This document shows, piece after piece, positions 50,466-61,355 of a DNA stretch of 64,000 bases. Position numbers and translations under genes: made by a program. Under the pieces are notes generated by a model, which saw only the letters and a program-made list of their open reading frames with translations, had not been told where the DNA came from and searched no databases. This DNA is from Vicugna vicugna (taxonomy: Eukaryota). The number at the start of each line of letters is the position of its first letter. Within the stretch, counting starts at the first letter, position 1. The DNA lies in the NCBI GenBank assembly GCA_013265495.1, contig MU061578.1, positions 877,308 to 941,307 on the forward strand, written 5' to 3'.

Positions 50466-50995
50466 TTACTCTATCTCTGCCCTGAAAGAAACTAAGCTGA
50501 TGGCTTCTCTCTCAGAAAACTCTCCAACCATCTGAAGTCAGATAGGTTTCACACACATCACAGGGACCCCATACGACCCAACTCCAACGCTGTGTCCTTT
50601 GCGAATCTTTCAGTGAGGTCACGTCACTCTTTTGCCTGCCTCCCACAGCACTGCGCATTCATTCCACAGCTTTATAACTGACCTGAATGAAACATCTTCC
50701 TTAACAGACTTTAAGTTCCTAAGAACAAATGTCCTGCCGTTTTTGTACAATGACATGGGTGTGGGTGGGAGGGAGCATTAATCAGGATTCCTTCTAGGAG
50801 AGTATTGTCTTTTTTTTTTTTTTTCGAGAATGCCTGGGTAAGAACTGAGTGTCTGAGATAAGATTGGACCCTCCCCCGTTACTATTACTCACCATTCTTG
50901 AATACAAGGACCTCTGTGTTGATCTGTGCCCAGCTCAGAGGAGGCAAGAAACTCTTCTGAATATCAAAGGGCAGGAACTTAAAATTCCCAAGGAA

Positions 50996-51143
50996 GGGGG
51001 TGTGTGTAGCTCAAGTGACAGAGTGCATGCTTAGCATGTAGGAGGTCCTGCACTCAATCTCCAGTACCTCCACAGAAAAAAAAAAAAAGACTAATAAATA
51101 AATAAGTAGATTTAATGACCTCCCTCCCCTGCAAAAAAAAAAA
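50996..51143 (+). mobile_element. tRNA-derived SINE, vic-1-like (camelid)
   Basis: Head gtagctcaagtgacagagtgcatgcttagcatgtaggaggtcctg...tcaatctccagtacctcc, then aataaataaataagtagatttaatgacctccc and poly(A). TSD aaaattcccaaggaa (50981-50995) / aaaaatcccaatgaa (51144-51158) at a TT/AAAA site. Confidence 0.85.
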
Positions 51144-51592
51144 AAAAATCCCAATGAAGTCTCAGAAGGAAAGAGCAAGGATCCAGCCAGGCTGCACACT
51201 TTGTTGGAAAGCTCATCCCTCATCCCAGCCGCCCCCTCCCCACTTCCACGGCTGCCTGAGGAGAAATTTGGGGAAAGTGGGAATGACTACTTGAGGTGTC
51301 TGCATGTTGAATGCCAAGGGATACGGGACCCTACTGCCCTCCACAGAAATTGCAAAGTAGTCTTCTACACAGTTCATAAATGCTGCTTGAAAGAATGGAT
51401 TATCTGGGGTGCAGGAGGCAACTCCCCAAAACTGCCAGCTCTCTGTCGATGAGGCCAGAAAACAAGAGGTGGCCATGCATGTAAATTCAGGATCTGGGCA
51501 GGGATGGAGAAACAGCAGTTCTCGGGAACAAGCAGAAATCTTGGGGTGGTTCCACACTTCACGCAACAGGGAGTTAGCTGGGGTCTACGACA

Positions 51593-51806
51593 CAGGGTCT
51601 TAAACTATGACCCAGGGGCCAAATTCAGCGCTCCATCTTTTTGTAAATACAGTTGTATCAGAGCCCAGTCACATCTATTTGTTTATACGCGGTCTGAGGT
51701 GCTTTCACACGACAACAGTAGAGTGGTTGTGACAGAGACTAAGTGGCCCCCAAAGTCTAAAATAGTTATTATCTGGTCCTTTATGAAAAAGACTTGTGGA
51801 CCCCTG
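51593..51806 (+). mobile_element. MER58A hAT-Charlie MITE
   Basis: cagggtcttaaactatgacccaggggccaaat...tttttgtaaata...ctaaaatagttattatctggtccttta...gacccctg. Confidence 0.85.
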
Positions 51807-52449
51807 GTGTGAGATGAGGACGCCTCCGTCTTTAAGGAACGACATGCCCAGGGGTGTGCGTCCCGACACAGCCTCAGTGGGCATCTGGAAGCATGAGCTG
51901 GATTCTCAAAATTTCTCCCTTCTGGGCCTGGATCATAAATATTTCTGAAGATTAAAGACAAATAGGGCAGCAGATTAGCCCTTTCCCTGGAAATCATTCA
52001 TGCAGAGATTTTTTTTTTTTATTGTACTCTCAAAGCTCACCTCTCCTGGCATTCTGTGCCAGCTCAGGAGTCACACCCCAAGTTAAGAAAAGTGAACATG
52101 TTATCTGAGAGCCACACTTCTGCCCCTTGGGGGAGAAGGCCTTGGACTGGCCTCAAGCATCCCTCTGACCTGGCCATTTCCTTGAGGACCAGCACACGCT
52201 GGGGACCTCCCACAGGGCCTGAGAACTCATCTCACCCCCTCTCCACCCCGAGTGCTGGAGTCACTCCCTCCTCGCTATAGGGCTGGGTATAAGAAAACCA
52301 GTGGAGGGAGGGAGGACTCCAGGTGACATGGGTTCCCACTGGTGGTCTTCGTCTAATGAGACCTCAGAGAAAGTCATCTTTTGCATTAGTGAAAAAACAA
52401 GCCCTGCAAAGTTAGTGGTGGGGGAAAGGTCTCTCTAGAGGGGAGCTAA

Positions 52450-52850
52450 TTGCTTAGCAATGAAGTGCTCTGGCCTGGGAATAGCAGGCTTCCTCTTATT
52501 AATGTGGGTCTAAAGCAGGCCAGTTAACCTTTCTGTCTTTGTTTTATGGCTTTGTCAGGAGCTCGGGAGTTGGGGCAATGAATCGTGACTGCTGAATGGG
52601 TACAGGTTTCCCTTTGGGGTTATGCAAATATTCTGACTCTAGACAGCGATGGTGGTCGCACACCATTGTGAATGTCCTAAATGTCGCTAATGGTAAATTT
52701 GATGCTATCTGTATTTTATCAAAATTTGTCTTAAAAGACATAAAACAATAGGGTTCCTTGTTAGAGTTAAGGAAAAGGCTTAAATGAGATAATCACATAA
52801 AACACCAGCACCATGCATGGCACACAGCAGATAATCAGTCAATGTCCTTT
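52450..52850 (+). mobile_element. MIR SINE split by an L1MB-like 3'-end insertion (~52545-52740)
   Basis: MIR: cagttaacctttctgtctttgtttt | ttaaatgagataatcacataaaacacc. L1: aatgggtacaggtttccctttgggg...gatggtggtcgcacaccattgtgaatgtcctaaatg. Confidence 0.75.
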
Positions 52851-53273
52851 TATGATTGGGATATTGTTATGAAAATGCAAACCCTGCACTTGTCTTTTGA
52901 GTCTGGTAAAATACCATGGGAGGACTGAGACTCCTGGTTAATGATGGTAAAAGCCAACCCTCCACTCAACATAGATTCAAGCACACGTGCTTCTATTTAT
53001 CTGAGTCCAAGAAACAAGCAAACTGAGACTCTTGGGCATATACCTATGCCAGAATCTTTCCCAGTCAGAGCACACATGCACTCCTCTCTTTCAAGTTATG
53101 ACAGCTCAGCCCCACCGTCATCTCCTTGCACGTGCCCATCCAGCTAACGAGTGGGCCAGAGTGCAAACGTGGACCCAAGTCACTGAACTTGAAGTCCAGC
53201 ATCCTCCACCATATCATGCTGTCAACCGTTGTGGAGACACAGAATGGTTGGGTGCCATTTTCAATCCAAGGGG

Positions 53274-53325
53274 GAAGCTGTTTCAAACTATTCCCAATGA
53301 TGAAGCTGTTTCAAACTATTCCCAA
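53274..53325. repeat. Exact 24-bp direct duplication
   Basis: gaagctgtttcaaactattcccaa at 53274-53297 and 53302-53325, with spacer tgat. Confidence 0.95.
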
Positions 53326-53959
53326 AGCTGTAGCTTTGCCTTTGGGAATAGATAAACAATAACAGAACAGCAAATCCATTTTCAAACAGGGGGTGGGTGT
53401 GGGCAAAGAAATGAGGCTGGAATGCATACAGAGAGCCTACGGAACATCATTCATTCCAAGATATTTAACTGTGCTAGATTAATGGTGAGCCCATGGGGCT
53501 TTCCTTCCACAGAGTTAGTGGAAGGAAAGTAAAACGTTATAGGGTCCATTCAGTTAGCCAATTTCTATTGAGCACCTACCTACTCTTTTCAAAGAGTCTT
53601 GTTAGGTACTGGGACAAAAATCACAATAACGGAGTTACTGGGTAAACACAACGCTGGGACCTAAGTTCCACAAGGGCAGGGCTTTTTGTGTATTTTGTTT
53701 ACTACCATTTGTCAGCTTCTAGAAGGGTATCCAACATATAAAAAATCTCAGCAATTGTTACTTAGGTTAACAAAGGAAGGGAAAGAAGTATGAGGCTATG
53801 GTGAGAACAGGGTGTCAGGAAGCATGGCAGAGACGTATCTGACTAATGCACTGTCCGTGTCCTTTTTTCAACAAGGGAGATTGTAGATTTTCCAAAGGAA
53901 AAGATACATTAGCTTTTTGCTTGACCCCCAATGGTTACATAGCATCTTTGATCACTTCC

Positions 53960-54420
53960 TCTCATCATTCATTCACTCATTTAAAGACTATTCCTTCTCA
54001 CTTACTGTATGTCAGGCTCTGTCCTAGGTTCTGAAGGGATACGGAAGGACAAAATAGGTGGCTTCCTGCCTGCATGGAGCTTACTGCAGAGTAAGAGAAA
54101 GAAATATCCAATCACATGAAATCATCACAGGCTGCTATGAGCACCATGAAAGAAAAGTCTGGTGTGCCGGCAGAGAAAAATACAAGCTGTCTGGGGAGGG
54201 GCTCCTTTTGATGGGCTGGCCAGGGAGGACTTCTCTGAGGACCTGATGTTTAAATCAGAAGCTAAGGAATGAGAAGGGGGTGAGGGAAGGAGAAGCAGGG
54301 CAGCTTGTGCTAAGTCTCTGGGATCCCAGAGCTCTCCAATATGAGAAAGAAGCCAGGGTGGCTGGGGATGGGTGAGCAGGACACGGAGCCACCAGAGAGG
54401 GGAAGTGGCTTGGTCTCAGT
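53960..54420 (-). mobile_element. L2 fragment
   Basis: tcattcattcactcattt...actgtatgtcaggctctgtcctagg...cctgcctgcatggagctta...gccagggaggacttctctgagg. Confidence 0.75.
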
Positions 54421-54649
54421 CTGCTGGAAGTTATCGCCTCCAGTTACTCCAGTTCACAGGAATGTATTCATAATATGAACATCAAGGGACTCCAGAGGAA
54501 AGTATCACCCTGCTCCACTGCTCTACAGATCCTGTGTGGGTCCCCTGCACTGTCATCTACTCACTTCCACAGATCTGACCCTCATTCTACCAGTGTGGAT
54601 GTCCCACAGTGGGAAAAATAAAACAAATAAACCTCTTTCTGGATGGAAT

Positions 54650-54925
54650 TTTTGCTATATGTCAGGCATTGTGCTGCGTATATCATTACTTATATGGGAA
54701 GGAAGTCATGGTAACACTCTTAATGCTACTGCTACTATCACTATTATTATTATCATTAATAATATTCCCATTATAAAGATGGGTAAGACTGAGTTTCAGA
54801 GAGAGAAAGAGAATTTCCCGCTGCCCCAAAGCCAAAAAAAAAAAAAGAACCTCCAGTATGGTTGCATGAAAATTCAAACACGGATCATCTGACTCTAAAG
54901 TTTGGTTCTTACTATTAGATACTAA
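54650..54925 (-). mobile_element. MIR SINE with internal (TAT)n
   Basis: atatgtcaggcattgtgctg...attcccattataaagatgggtaagactgag...tctgactctaaag. Confidence 0.65.
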
Positions 54926-54954
54926 TTCCCATAAGACAGGCTTGTCTCAGGCAA

Positions 54955-55450
54955 GGGTTTATTGAACAAAAATTTTACTAGGCAATGACCATGCACCAGG
55001 CAAAATGCTAGGCGTTGGACTAATAAAATGCATAAAAGGGAGCCCTGATTTCTAAGGAAAGACACACACACACCATCATACAATGTGATACACTCATCTT
55101 GCAGGTGTATAGGAAGAGGTACGGAGATTCAGATTGAGAGGGAGTGACAAATTCAGCTGCGGGCCACTCAGGAGAGGCAAGAGTTAAGCGCCAGCTTAGC
55201 AGAGAGGTAACAACTTTCCAGGTGAGTACATGGGAGGGAGGAACGTTCTTGGAATGTAAAAATACGTTTACTTCGAGGGTCCCCGGCACATTCACAGAAA
55301 TAGCTTGGGCAGCGGGAGGTAAGGAGAGAGAAGGACCGGCCAGATCATAAAGGGTCTCAGAAGTCAGGGCTGGGGGCTTTCTCCTGAAGACAAGGGGAAG
55401 CCACCCATGGGTGTTACGCAGGGAAGTGCGAGGCGCATTTCACGGTCAGC
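54955..55450 (-). mobile_element. L2 fragment
   Basis: gaccatgcaccaggcaaaatgctagg...ggccagatcataaagggtct...ggggaagccacc...gcagggaagtg. Confidence 0.6.
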
Positions 55451-55475
55451 GAAGGCCAAGCCTGCCAGTGGGCAC

Positions 55476-55637
55476 CAGAGGGTCTCCAAGGGTGGCTGGG
55501 ACCAGTAGCATCGGCATCTCTTGACAATTCTCTAGAATGCAAATCCTCTGGCTCCGCCCCAGACCTAGCAGATCAGAAACGCTGAGGTTTTAACAAGCCC
55601 TCCAAGGGATGCTGATGCCGAAGTATGGGAACGTGGG
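55476..55637 (+). mobile_element. MER5A/MER5A1-like hAT-Charlie MITE
   Basis: gaccagtagcatcggcatc...tagaatgcaaatcctctggctccgccccagacct...atcagaaac...ttttaacaagccctcca. Confidence 0.8.
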
Positions 55638-56567
55638 CCTACCTCGCACTCCGCCCGCTTCTGCACCCACCTCAACAGCACGCAGTGTCTGCCGGGGCTG
55701 CTGCATTCCTGGGGCCTCTCTCAGGTCCCAGAAAATGGGCAGCATGTCTTGTCCTCTTCTTGGTGTCAGCCCCCAGCCCCCCGTGACCCTCCCGCACAGT
55801 GTCCACTAAACTATCTTGGGAGAGACCCTCTCTCTTGGCTTCTCTACTTGGCTGTGTTTTGAAGACTAGCAAATCTGCTCTCCTTCCTTCCTGGTTTTCC
55901 TCGCTGCTCGGGGAGACGGAGAACTGATGATGAATGCTGTTCGGGAACGCTGGCTGGTGCTCGAAATCATCATTAGCTAAGTGCTGGGCTAATGCGTTCA
56001 GAGGTGGTGAGTTAATAGGAAAACAGGCCTGATTTGGTAGCCTGTGCCCATGGTGACCTAGAGCTGGGTGTTAAGTGGCGACAGGCAACTCCCCTCTAAT
56101 CACCTCTTGTTAGCTGCAACTATAGGCAAATTGCTAGCGAGGATTAAGTGGGGAGACTATGCCAGGATCACTGTCAAGCAGAAAAAAGACTCAATTTGTA
56201 GAGCAATCACGACTCTGTAATCACTTCTTTAAGAGCTCTTTTCGGCTGTGTTTGCCTCTGGAAAGTACAGACGGACCCTAGGCGAAGGTGTGCTGAGAGC
56301 TGCATGCTGGCTTTTTCTGGAGCGTTCGAAAACCATTGCTCCCCACAATGGGGGGAGATCAGTGCCCTGCCTCCAAGAGTCTCTGGGCCTTGAACAATGA
56401 ACATCAATGTGCACGAACAATTGATCAGAGCTCCTGAATACAGCAGATTTCTGTAAACATAGAGGAGAATCTGGGAGGAAGCTTTATTGGGGGAAAAAAA
56501 GGAATATCCTGTTTACCAGCATTTGCACAATGTCCTTGTGAAATAGGGACAAATTAACAAGGCAATG

Positions 56568-56924
56568 CAATCATCCCTTGGTATCTGCTGAGGATTGGTT
56601 CTACCGTCCCCACGGATCCCCAGATCCATGGGTACTCAAGTCCCCTATATAAAATGCCATCATATTTGCATACAACCTATGCACATCCTCCTGTACACTT
56701 TAAATCATCTCTGGCTTACTTACGATACCTCATACGATGTAAATATTATGTAAATAGTCGTAAGTACAATGTAAACGCTATGTAAACATTGGCATGTCCA
56801 GGTGGCAAGTGCAAGTTTTGCTTTTCGGAACTTTCTGGAATTTCCCCCTTCCCCTCCCAAATAATTTTGATCCACAATTGGTTGAATCTACGGGTGCAGA
56901 ATCAGGGATACGAAAGTTCAACTG
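56568..56924 (+). mobile_element. MER2/MER2B TcMar-Tigger MITE
   Basis: caatcatcccttggtatc...ctcaagtcccctatataaaatg...tttgcatacaacctatgcacatcctcc...ggttgaatctacgggtgcag...caactg. Flanks TG/CA are each one transition from the TA TSD. Confidence 0.88.
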
Positions 56925-59559
56925 CATTTTAAGAATCATGACACAACAGTGGAGAGAAGAAAGTGCTGGAAGGATATCACATCTTATGCCAGTTCAAGGG
57001 GGATTTTGTAAAAGGTGGTGGGGTCGGGGGGGTCGGGGGCTCTTCCTGTCCAAATGTTTGGAGCCTTTACCAGGATGGATAACAGCTATTTTCAAGGCTT
57101 ATTCTCAGGGCTTAAAACCTTCATTATTTTCACAGGTTTAATCTGGTGAAGTTTGGTAACAGAATAAACTAAAGGAATCTGTGTCCTCTCAGAAGAAACA
57201 TCCTGAAGCTTGAAAACAAAGGAGATCATTAGAAATGAGTGAATATTTAAAGTCAAAACGTGATTTGTCCAGATATTAACTGTTATTTCCAGTCCTTCAA
57301 AGAGGAGTTCAATTGTTTGCCATTTCCCAAGTAGAAACAGGTTTTTGAGGAAGTTTCGTAGTACGTGATTCACAGACAGGCTGCCTTCAGGAAGAGGCAG
57401 GGGAGGAGAGGGAGCAAGGAAGATGAGAAGGCTAGGGGTGGGTGAAAAGCCGGCTCATCTATTACTCATCAAATATTACTTTTCCCTCCTTGGAGGTTTA
57501 TAAAATGTTGTAGTGAAAAAAAAATCAAAACCCCTCTCATTAAATTTGTGTTGTGAGTCTGCATGTTCTCTAAATGAAGCATGAAGCAAGGCTGGAATTC
57601 CAGCTTGCACTTCAAAAGGTAATTTTCAAATTTTCTCCAACTGTCCGAATGAGGTTATTTCCCACCCATACAAGACTTTCCCTGAAGAAAAAAAAAAAAT
57701 CAGCATTTTCTGTAAACAATACATTAACATTTTTTAAAAGCTCTCTTTAAAATTTCAAAATAAAAAAAAAATTTGCATTGAAAAACTAAGTATTGTCTCT
57801 CTGTGAAACATCTTTCTTCTTAGTGCCCAAACTTGTGAACATCCTATCAGCTTTGGAGCCTCACTTGTCTTAGTTCTTCGCTCAGTTTTACCTCTCTCGT
57901 GGACATTCACAATCCTGAGAAAGGAAACAGAAGAAAAATTCACTGGAAATTCAAGGTGATATTCTTGGTGGTGGCTCTAGTTGGCACTGGTTTTTGTTTG
58001 TTTGTTTTTGAATTTGTTTTAGGACAACTCTACGACTCCAAACGGTCAGAGTTGCAATGAACTTCCCTCTGAACGTTTCAGTTCTTTTTTATGTTAAGTG
58101 CTATGTCACAGACCAGATATACAGTCAGGATATGCCTGTGGGTGGAGATGGGTTGAACACACAGGTCTTACCAGCGATCTCAACATTTGATCGAGCATGA
58201 GTGAGTGTAGGTACAGTACATAAATAAATCCCACAGCTCCTCTATCTGTGCATTGCTTCAAAACACCGTGACAAACCCTGTTTCTGGAACTGGAGTCGTT
58301 ATAACACTGCATTGTTCTTTTCCTCAAAATTCAGAACTTAAGAAGCTCCAAATGCTTTTTAAAAAAAAAAAAATCTGACTCAGAATAAACCAAAGCAATA
58401 ATCAGCTCGGAGGATTTTTCCTGCCTCGTGCTTAAGTGATAGAAATAAAGAGAACAATTAATGTCAGCTGCCTTTTCGCTCTCCATCCTGTTAGCTTCGG
58501 GGAGCTTCAAGGTAATCTCTCCACAAAGGCTGGATGTCCTGGGATTAAAACACAAAGTTTTCACCAGAAAAATGGACATGCCAGTGAAGACAGCTCACAG
58601 AAATAACACACATCACTTCCCCCCCACTCCATTGCTACTTAATCTTGCTGATTTCCAGGAAGGTAGAGATTCGAAGAGGAGGAAAGAAATCCCCCACGGC
58701 AGGTGAGGAGAGATTGCGGGGGCAGAGCTGTGCAATATGAAACATAGAAGAGGAAGTGGCCCGGCCTCCCCTTCTGTTCTTTTTCTACCAGCCAGACCCA
58801 TGAGCAGGTCAGCGAATCAAAACCCAGAAGTCCCCCAAATCACACACACAGAAGAAACCCCCCAAGCCACAGCTGCAAACTCTCCTGGAAACCCTCCTTC
58901 CCGATGGTGTGAAGGTATGGCCGGGAAATCGGGTACAGACCGGGATGGGAGCTTGGGTGCCAAGTACCCCCCAACTCACAAGGCCCCCCTGGAAAGCTCC
59001 CAACTCTCCCCTTTACTCCACCCCCCATAGTTCTGCCATCAGACGAAACTCTGGCACCACAAATACCTTAGCATGTCAGCCGTGCCCTCACTTGTCATTA
59101 TTCCCCCCTTTTGTTCCTGTTTTGCAACGTGCACTCCTTGTGTCTAGAAGTGGCAAGAGAGATGTAATTAGTTAACTAAGAGAAACCACGTCTCTCCGCG
59201 GCTGGGGTGGGGTGGGCTGCAGGTTCTCAGTGGTCTGGTCTTGCTTTTTGGGTCACTTCTAACTGCAGGCCAAGCCTGTGCTGAAAATTCAGCAGGGCTC
59301 GAACTCCCTGGGAGCTACCTCCTCTCTCCCTCTCCTGCTTTCGCAGACAGAATCCCCAGCGGGAGGCGATAAACTCACCCCAGGCGTGAAGCCAGCCGCT
59401 CGAGGTTGGGTGGCCAGGCGTCAGTGGGAAACGCTAGTGGTGAGCTCCATGGCTGGAAAGGTGAGCCAGAGGGGAGAAAAGGAGGGCTGGAGAGGGTTGG
59501 CAAAAGGCACAGGGAAAAAAGGCAGGAGGGAAAGCATCAGGAATATGTGCAAAGGGGGA

Positions 59560-60170
59560 AGAAAAATAAGGCAAAGGGGACGAGAAATTAATAATCCAAC
59601 AAGCAGGTTTCCTCCGTGTTATTAATCACACTGCTTCGCCCAAGCTGCAGAGAAACCCAGCTCCGCACATGGGAGGGGAGGGCTCTCAACACCATTGGCC
59701 GCCTCTGCTCACTCCTATACATCTCAGCCAATCCTCCCTGCGCCTTAAGGTACAGATCCATCCAGACTGCAGTTACAAACCCCTGGAAGATGAGGAATCG
59801 TGCTCTCTGGGTAAAGGCACTGCTCCGTCCGCTTAATGCACTATAAACTTTATTTGAGCTGACTTCTCATCTGATCCCCCAGTGACGAGGTCAGGGAGCG
59901 CAAGCAATTCCACCCCAAATCATGCCATAATCGAATTGCTGCCTATTTCCCGAACCTATAATGAAAAAGGCAACCGAAATAATGCAGGTAATGTTGGCGG
60001 CCTCCCCTGCCTGTCGGACATTATTACCTCCGATTGCTTGCCGCCATTTCCCCGGTACTCTAACAATGAATATATTTCACAGCTCACTTGCTCTCCTGTG
60101 TGGGTGGCGTGGTATAGACACCTACATGATATGAAAGGGAATCTAAAACAATAGCGCCGTTTCTGAGCTC
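59560..60170. promoter_or_regulatory. Candidate promoter/enhancer (CCAAT x2, TATAAA, YY1 motif, CpG-retaining)
   Basis: ATTGG 59694, CCAAT 59728, TATAAA 59842, GCCGCCATTT 60040, within repeat-free sequence. Function is inferred. Confidence 0.35.
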
Positions 60171-60221
60171 CGTGCCTAACAGCCTACTGGTGGGAGAGGC
60201 ATTTTTTTTTAATCCAAGTGC

Positions 60222-60223
<2 letters not shown>

Positions 60224-60278
<55 letters not shown>

Positions 60279-60279
60279 A
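60224..60279. repeat. (CA)19(CG)7CACA compound microsatellite with Z-DNA-forming potential
   Basis: 56 bp of uninterrupted alternating pyrimidine/purine, read directly. Confidence 0.95.
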
Positions 60280-61261
60280 GAGCAACCTGATGGGGTCCGG
60301 AGTCAGACTCAGCCAAAGCCAACTCAATTTCTCTTTGTCTATTTAAGTTCCAGCTCCATCACCTACAGCATAATAACTGAGAGCGGGGTTCCTTCATCAC
60401 TCAGATGCTCTGAAGGTTTTTGTTCTATTTTTCTCCCTCTGAATAAAATGGGACAGATATGGCTTTAGGGACCAGGCAGGAGATAAAATAACATGCGTAC
60501 ACAGCCTAACCTGAAAAAAAAAATGCCTTTTAAGTGCTTGCTTCTCCTTAAAAAGGAACACTTTAAAAAAAAAATCAACACTCTCTCTTTGCATGCCCTT
60601 AAAAAGCAGAATTCAGCGTCCCGTCGTATTTTTGCTTCTCAGGAAAGTGCTGACAGCAGCATGATTCTATGGTACAGATTCAGAGCCACAGAAGAACAAC
60701 CCAGGCCGTATACTCAGCTGTGATTTGTACGACTGCCCTTTGGCAAATGAAGGCCATCGCCAGGCCAGGGGAAACGGGACATGGGACGTCGTGCGCGCCT
60801 GCCTTGTGGACAAGCCCTGTCCAATTTAGCGCCCCGGTAGGCTCCCAGCCCCATCTTTCATTCCTCCAACTTGTAGGCTTGGTTCACTCGGAGCAGTGGC
60901 TTTGAAATTGTCAGACATCAGGCAGCGCCTGAGGAAAGCCGTCTGTGCCTAGGAGATGTAGCTTTTGTCAAACCATCATCACCAAACGCTGGGGCTGTTT
61001 GGAAACAGGGGTATTTACGGACTTGTGAGGACGGAACAGTCACATATGTGAGAGCTTGCCTTCAGTTGGCAAAACAAATATACTACAAATACATTGAGTT
61101 TAAGAATCATACAGGGAACACGTAGCTCAAGTCAGAAACAGTGTCCAAAAACGTTTTCTTAAGCTTGAATGCAGACTCTCTGCTTCCATTCCTTTGCATT
61201 TTGTTTTCCTTCTGCCTCTTCTTCTTCTTTTTTTTTTTTTTTAATGGGAATTTTCCTCTAG

Positions 61262-61355
61262 ACGATTTCCCCAGCTTCCCTGCCTTGGCCCTACCTGTAA
61301 CAGGGAAAGCCAGGCCACGGAAACCATTCGCTGTCACACAAGACGACACAGTCAG
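61262..61355 (+). other. Candidate 94-nt internal exon (possibly non-coding RNA)
   Basis: Long polypyrimidine tract (~61180-61242), acceptor ttttcctctAG| at 61260-61261, consensus donor CAG|GTGAGT at 61353-61361. Confidence 0.3.

Noticed and set aside
50996..51072. tRNA-like sequence
   Set aside because: It is a SINE head: degenerate B box, followed by a SINE body, poly(A) and TSD. It is not a tRNA gene.
53274..53325. Direct repeats as a possible CRISPR array
   Set aside because: Only two copies with a 4-bp spacer, in mammalian DNA with no cas genes.
1372..56671. At least 12 octamer motifs (ATGCAAAT, either strand)
   Set aside because: They are dispersed rather than clustered, and several lie inside L2, LTR, L1, MER5A or MER2 copies. 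I cannot show enrichment without a background model.
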